Positions 62,486 to 64,000 of a stretch of 64,000 bases of DNA are shown here, piece after piece. Within the stretch, counting starts at the first letter, position 1. Each line of letters begins with the position of its first letter. The notes below the pieces were generated by a model. The model did not search any database. It worked only from the letters and a program-made list of their open reading frames with translations, and was not told the origin of the DNA. Source of the stretch: an uncultured Oribacterium sp. (lineage in GTDB: Bacteria > Bacillota > Clostridia > Lachnospirales > Lachnospiraceae); assembly GCA_946413525.1 (NCBI GenBank), contig CAMKKZ010000018.1:1082-65081 (forward strand), given 5' to 3'. The translations under genes were made by a program, and so were the position numbers.

Positions 62486-64000
62486 TCATCTCCGATAATA
62501 ATTAATCAGGCAGCCGGCGCACAGGATTTCCCTTTCTTCTTCTGTGAGACTGCCCAGAGTGCATTGGATTTTACGAGTTATATGCAACGGTACATAACCT
62601 GAAAAAGCTTTGTCCGATGCCCTGCCAATCTCAGATTCCGGAAAAGCCCCGGCAGTGGCAGCGGCACGTCTGCCAATCCCATCCGCTTCCCGGAATTCAG
62701 ACTCCGGAAAAGCCACTACCTCCGCTTCCAGTTCTTCCTTCCCACTCTTCAACATTTCCCGTATATTCCGAATGAGCAGAAAAGTCCCAACGGGAAGACA
62801 GGGGTCATCCTCCGTCCTGAGCGGCAGCAGCCCCCAGTTGATGCAGTTGCTGCGGTACCGCTTCGTCGAATATTCATTAGCCAGGTTGGCCCATCCCCCC
62901 AGCACCTTCTGACAACTGGCCGCCTGCTCCCGGGAGGATCCGTCCCCGATCTGCTCGGAAACCATCAGGGAACCATAAGAAATTTCCGATACATCGCAAT
63001 GCAATTCCCCGGAAAGCGCGGAAAGCAGCTCCGAAGCCTTGAAGCGCGTACCTTCGGAAGCGGTATTTTTTGCTGCTTTGAAGCCCGCACTTTGGGAAAC
63101 GCCTTCCCTCGCCGCCCTCTCTTTTTCGGATAACAAAATACCAATCTCCCTGGCTTCTGACCGAATCTCCTTTGCCCTCCCAACGTAGCCGGGATCCCGG
63201 CTCTGCATGGTAAATTCAGAAATCTTTTCCGGATTGCTGCGGTAGGAGCTGGATTCCCCGGAGGGCAGCAGCTCGTCCGTTGTGACAGAGCCCTTGTAGG
63301 AACCCGCCACCTTGAGAAGAAGATGCTTCTTAAGAACAGGCATTTCCGGCCAGTCGGCGATGTTCGGACCCATGACAAGCTCCACCTCCGAATCCCCCTT
63401 CCCGAAATAATCAAATACCTGGCTCTCATAAATCCCCGGGGAATATAGATAGGCATGCTCCCTCCAGGTCTCCTCCGGAAGCTCCGTCGCCGACGTCAGC
63501 CTTCCGTCATTCCGCACAGTGGCCGCAATGGAGCGGGCATCCATGAGGAATACCGCGGCCATCTGTCCCTGTCCGGGCTTGCTTCCCTCCCGGTTCGTAT
63601 AATTCCTTGTCACATGCCGTATGGAAAGCTGGTTGTTGGCCGGCGTGTCCGTCACGCCGAAGCAGGGGCCGCAGATGGCCGGACGCATGGTCACGCCGCA
63701 CTGTGCCAGCTCCGAAGCAATGCCGCTGCGCATAAGCGCGTCCATGACGGGCAGGCTTGACGGATTCACATGGAGGTTCAGCCCGTCCCCCCGGATCCCG
63801 TGCCCCCTGAGAATGTCCGCAATAGCCGCTATGTTTTCAAACATCCCGCCGGCGCAGCCGCTCACCAGGGCCTGATCCGGGTAAAAACCCCCGTTCCGAA
63901 TATGGCGCATGATGGAAAACGCCTTTCCCTTGTCCCCCTTGATCCTTCTTCCTTCCTTTTCCACTTCAGAAAGCATATCATCCAGATTTAAAAGGAATTC
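62486..64000 (-). CDS. aconitase-superfamily hydratase, paralog of 51837..54125 (5' end beyond window)
   Basis: Frame stays open to position 64000; VSGCAGGMF, ICGPCFG, GDGSSREQAAS, C-terminal CAGCLINYYRR parallels [14 protein letters not shown] of the paralog. Confidence 0.8.
   Translation of the reverse strand, partial: EFLLNLDDMLSEVEKEGRRIKGDKGKAFSIMRHIRNGGFYPDQALVSGCAGGMFENIAAIADILRGHGIRGDGLNLHVNPSSLPVMDALMRSGIASELAQCGVTMRPAICGPCFGVTDTPANNQLSIRHVTRNYTNREGSKPGQGQMAAVFLMDARSIAATVRNDGRLTSATELPEETWREHAYLYSPGIYESQVFDYFGKGDSEVELVMGPNIADWPEMPVLKKHLLLKVAGSYKGSVTTDELLPSGESSSYRSNPEKISEFTMQSRDPGYVGRAKEIRSEAREIGILLSEKERAAREGVSQSAGFKAAKNTASEGTRFKASELLSALSGELHCDVSEISYGSLMVSEQIGDGSSREQAASCQKVLGGWANLANEYSTKRYRSNCINWGLLPLRTEDDPCLPVGTFLLIRNIREMLKSGKEELEAEVVAFPESEFREADGIGRRAAATAGAFPESEIGRASDKAFSGYVPLHITRKIQCTLGSLTEEEREILCAGCLINYYRR
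62620..62715 (-). repeat. in-frame duplication in hydratase paralog
   Basis: CTGCCAATC..TCAGA(T/C)TCCGGAAAAGCC at 62622 and 62670; encodes AFPESE(F/I).. twice, absent from paralog. Confidence 0.7.

Noticed and set aside
1-64000. rRNA, tRNA, known riboswitches, prophage, integrase or transposase genes
   Set aside because: I saw no cloverleaf-like or rRNA-like segments, and none of the ORFs showed recombinase or transposase motifs. The MITE-like copies are non-autonomous. Riboswitch absence is only by eye and should be confirmed with Infernal/Rfam.

Overview
This is a high-GC (roughly 55-60% by eye) Firmicutes/Clostridia-type chromosomal segment. I call 49 protein genes, 43 of them on the minus strand. 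I found no rRNA, tRNA, CRISPR, transposase or integrase. Gene content, left to right:
- two flavin-reductase paralogs plus an HMA protein, a RumA-type methyltransferase, pcrA, DUF1836, yerC-like, a deacetylase and rex
- an aldonate/hexuronate locus (uxuB, uxuA, GntR, Zn-ADH, TRAP dctPQM)
- small membrane proteins, degV, a PrsA-like lipoprotein, a PAP2-like protein and glgA
- the conserved string recN-argR-nadK-tlyA-dxs-ispA-xseBA-nusB-asp23
- an accessory stretch (40-51.4 kb): an HEXXH/WG-repeat membrane protein, an ADP-ribosylglycohydrolase, terD, an AT-rich 585-aa orphan, a papain-like Cys-protease protein, patatin and an AAA/PD-(D/E)XK ATPase
- a tricarboxylate cluster: two uncharacterised aconitase-family hydratase paralogs, aconitase, an IDH-like protein, a 2-HCT transporter and LysR

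The most unusual property is the repeat load:
1. A ~70-76-nt two-hairpin modular repeat sits at ten loci. Nine are intercistronic leaders, where the gene-proximal unit often donates the Shine-Dalgarno. The tenth copy is in frame inside the LysR gene.
2. A 162-bp MITE-like element with terminal inverted repeats and target duplications brackets the PAP2-like gene in inverted orientation. Arrays elsewhere are derived from its ends.
3. There are more than 15 further minisatellites, several inserted in frame in housekeeping genes (pcrA, ispA, tlyA).

The best candidates for an undescribed protein system are the papain-like protease with its AT-rich neighbour, and the hydratase paralogs. All functional calls come from motif recognition by eye; no database searches were run.
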